IMG/VR virus record: IMGVR_UViG_3300027852_000031 | Coordinates: 26,250-90,249 of that record | Strand: one strand, 5' to 3' | Length of the DNA: 64,000 nucleotides | Source of the DNA: a virus | Part shown: positions 63,757 to 64,000 of the stretch, piece after piece | Numbering within the stretch: the first letter of the stretch is position 1 | Layout of the letters: each line of letters begins with the position of its first letter | Program-made: the position numbers and the translations under genes | The notes under the pieces: model-generated | What the model saw: the letters and a program-made list of their open reading frames with translations, nothing else | Databases searched by the model: none | What the model was told of the DNA's origin: nothing

Positions 63757-64000
63757 CTATTGCCATCTTCCTGTAGGGCATTGCGCCACCTTCTGAAACG
63801 CCCGATTCCAATCTGCGACGAATCTTTCTTGACCAAACTTTTCAATAACTGTTTTTCTGCCAGCGTCACCAACTGCTTTCGCCATATCGGTGTCGTTTAC
63901 TAAATCTATTAAATGTTTCTTCATTAACACCGGATCGTTTGTTATGAATCCGTTCACACCATTCTCAATAAACTCTGGCATCATTGTTGTTGCGGTTGTT
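63757..64000 (-). CDS. GT-B (GT4-like) glycosyltransferase, C-terminal fragment (starts beyond window)
   Basis: Frame open to window end: TTATTMMPEFIENGVNGFI...GDAGRKTVIEKFG..RF...W. Confidence 0.8.
   Translation of the reverse strand, partial: TTATTMMPEFIENGVNGFITNDPVLMKKHLIDLVNDTDMAKAVGDAGRKTVIEKFGQERFVADWNRAFQKVAQCPTGRWQ

Noticed and set aside
1-64000. Alternative genetic code (TAG or TGA reassigned), suggested by two in-frame stops
   Set aside because: Long genes are intact under code 11; TAG ends terL and the capsid gene, and TGA ends several genes.
1-64000. CRISPR array, diversity-generating retroelement, integrase or IS element
   Set aside because: No regularly spaced repeats, no reverse transcriptase or TR/VR pair, and no recombinase or transposase motifs seen by eye.

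Overview
This window is the virion-morphogenesis region of a large tailed dsDNA phage, probably a siphovirus: it has a 1688-aa tape measure protein and no tail sheath. It uses genetic code 11 and is AT-rich. The + strand runs: end of a GDP-mannose 4,6-dehydratase, ERCC4 nuclease, intein-split terminase large subunit, portal, protease/scaffold, decoration protein, major capsid protein, neck and fibre proteins, tail tube, a ~10 kb accessory island, two more structural genes, tail chaperones, tape measure and tail tip/fibre genes. A convergent - strand block carries glycosyltransferases, a methyltransferase, an ssDNA-annealing protein and a Whirly-like SSB. Homing endonucleases (one intein, three HNH genes, one LAGLIDADG remnant) sit beside the main structural genes. 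A GTGTATAA motif precedes most structural transcription units. Best leads: (1) an RNA and counter-toxin island between tail tube and tail chaperones, containing a ~147-nt tRNA-like RNA with an 8/4 acceptor branch, an initiator-type tRNA-Met lacking two of its three anticodon-stem G-C pairs, a promoter- and terminator-bounded ~98-nt RNA with four GUCA repeats, an RNA ligase, a Panacea antitoxin, a DarG-like macrodomain and HPRT; (2) two independent cases of a small structural domain encoded both alone and fused to an LDL-receptor-like YWTD propeller; (3) Ser-Gly enrichment in surface virion proteins of a phage that carries glycosylation genes. All family assignments come from motifs read by eye. 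No database searches or folding programs were run, and counts are hand counts.
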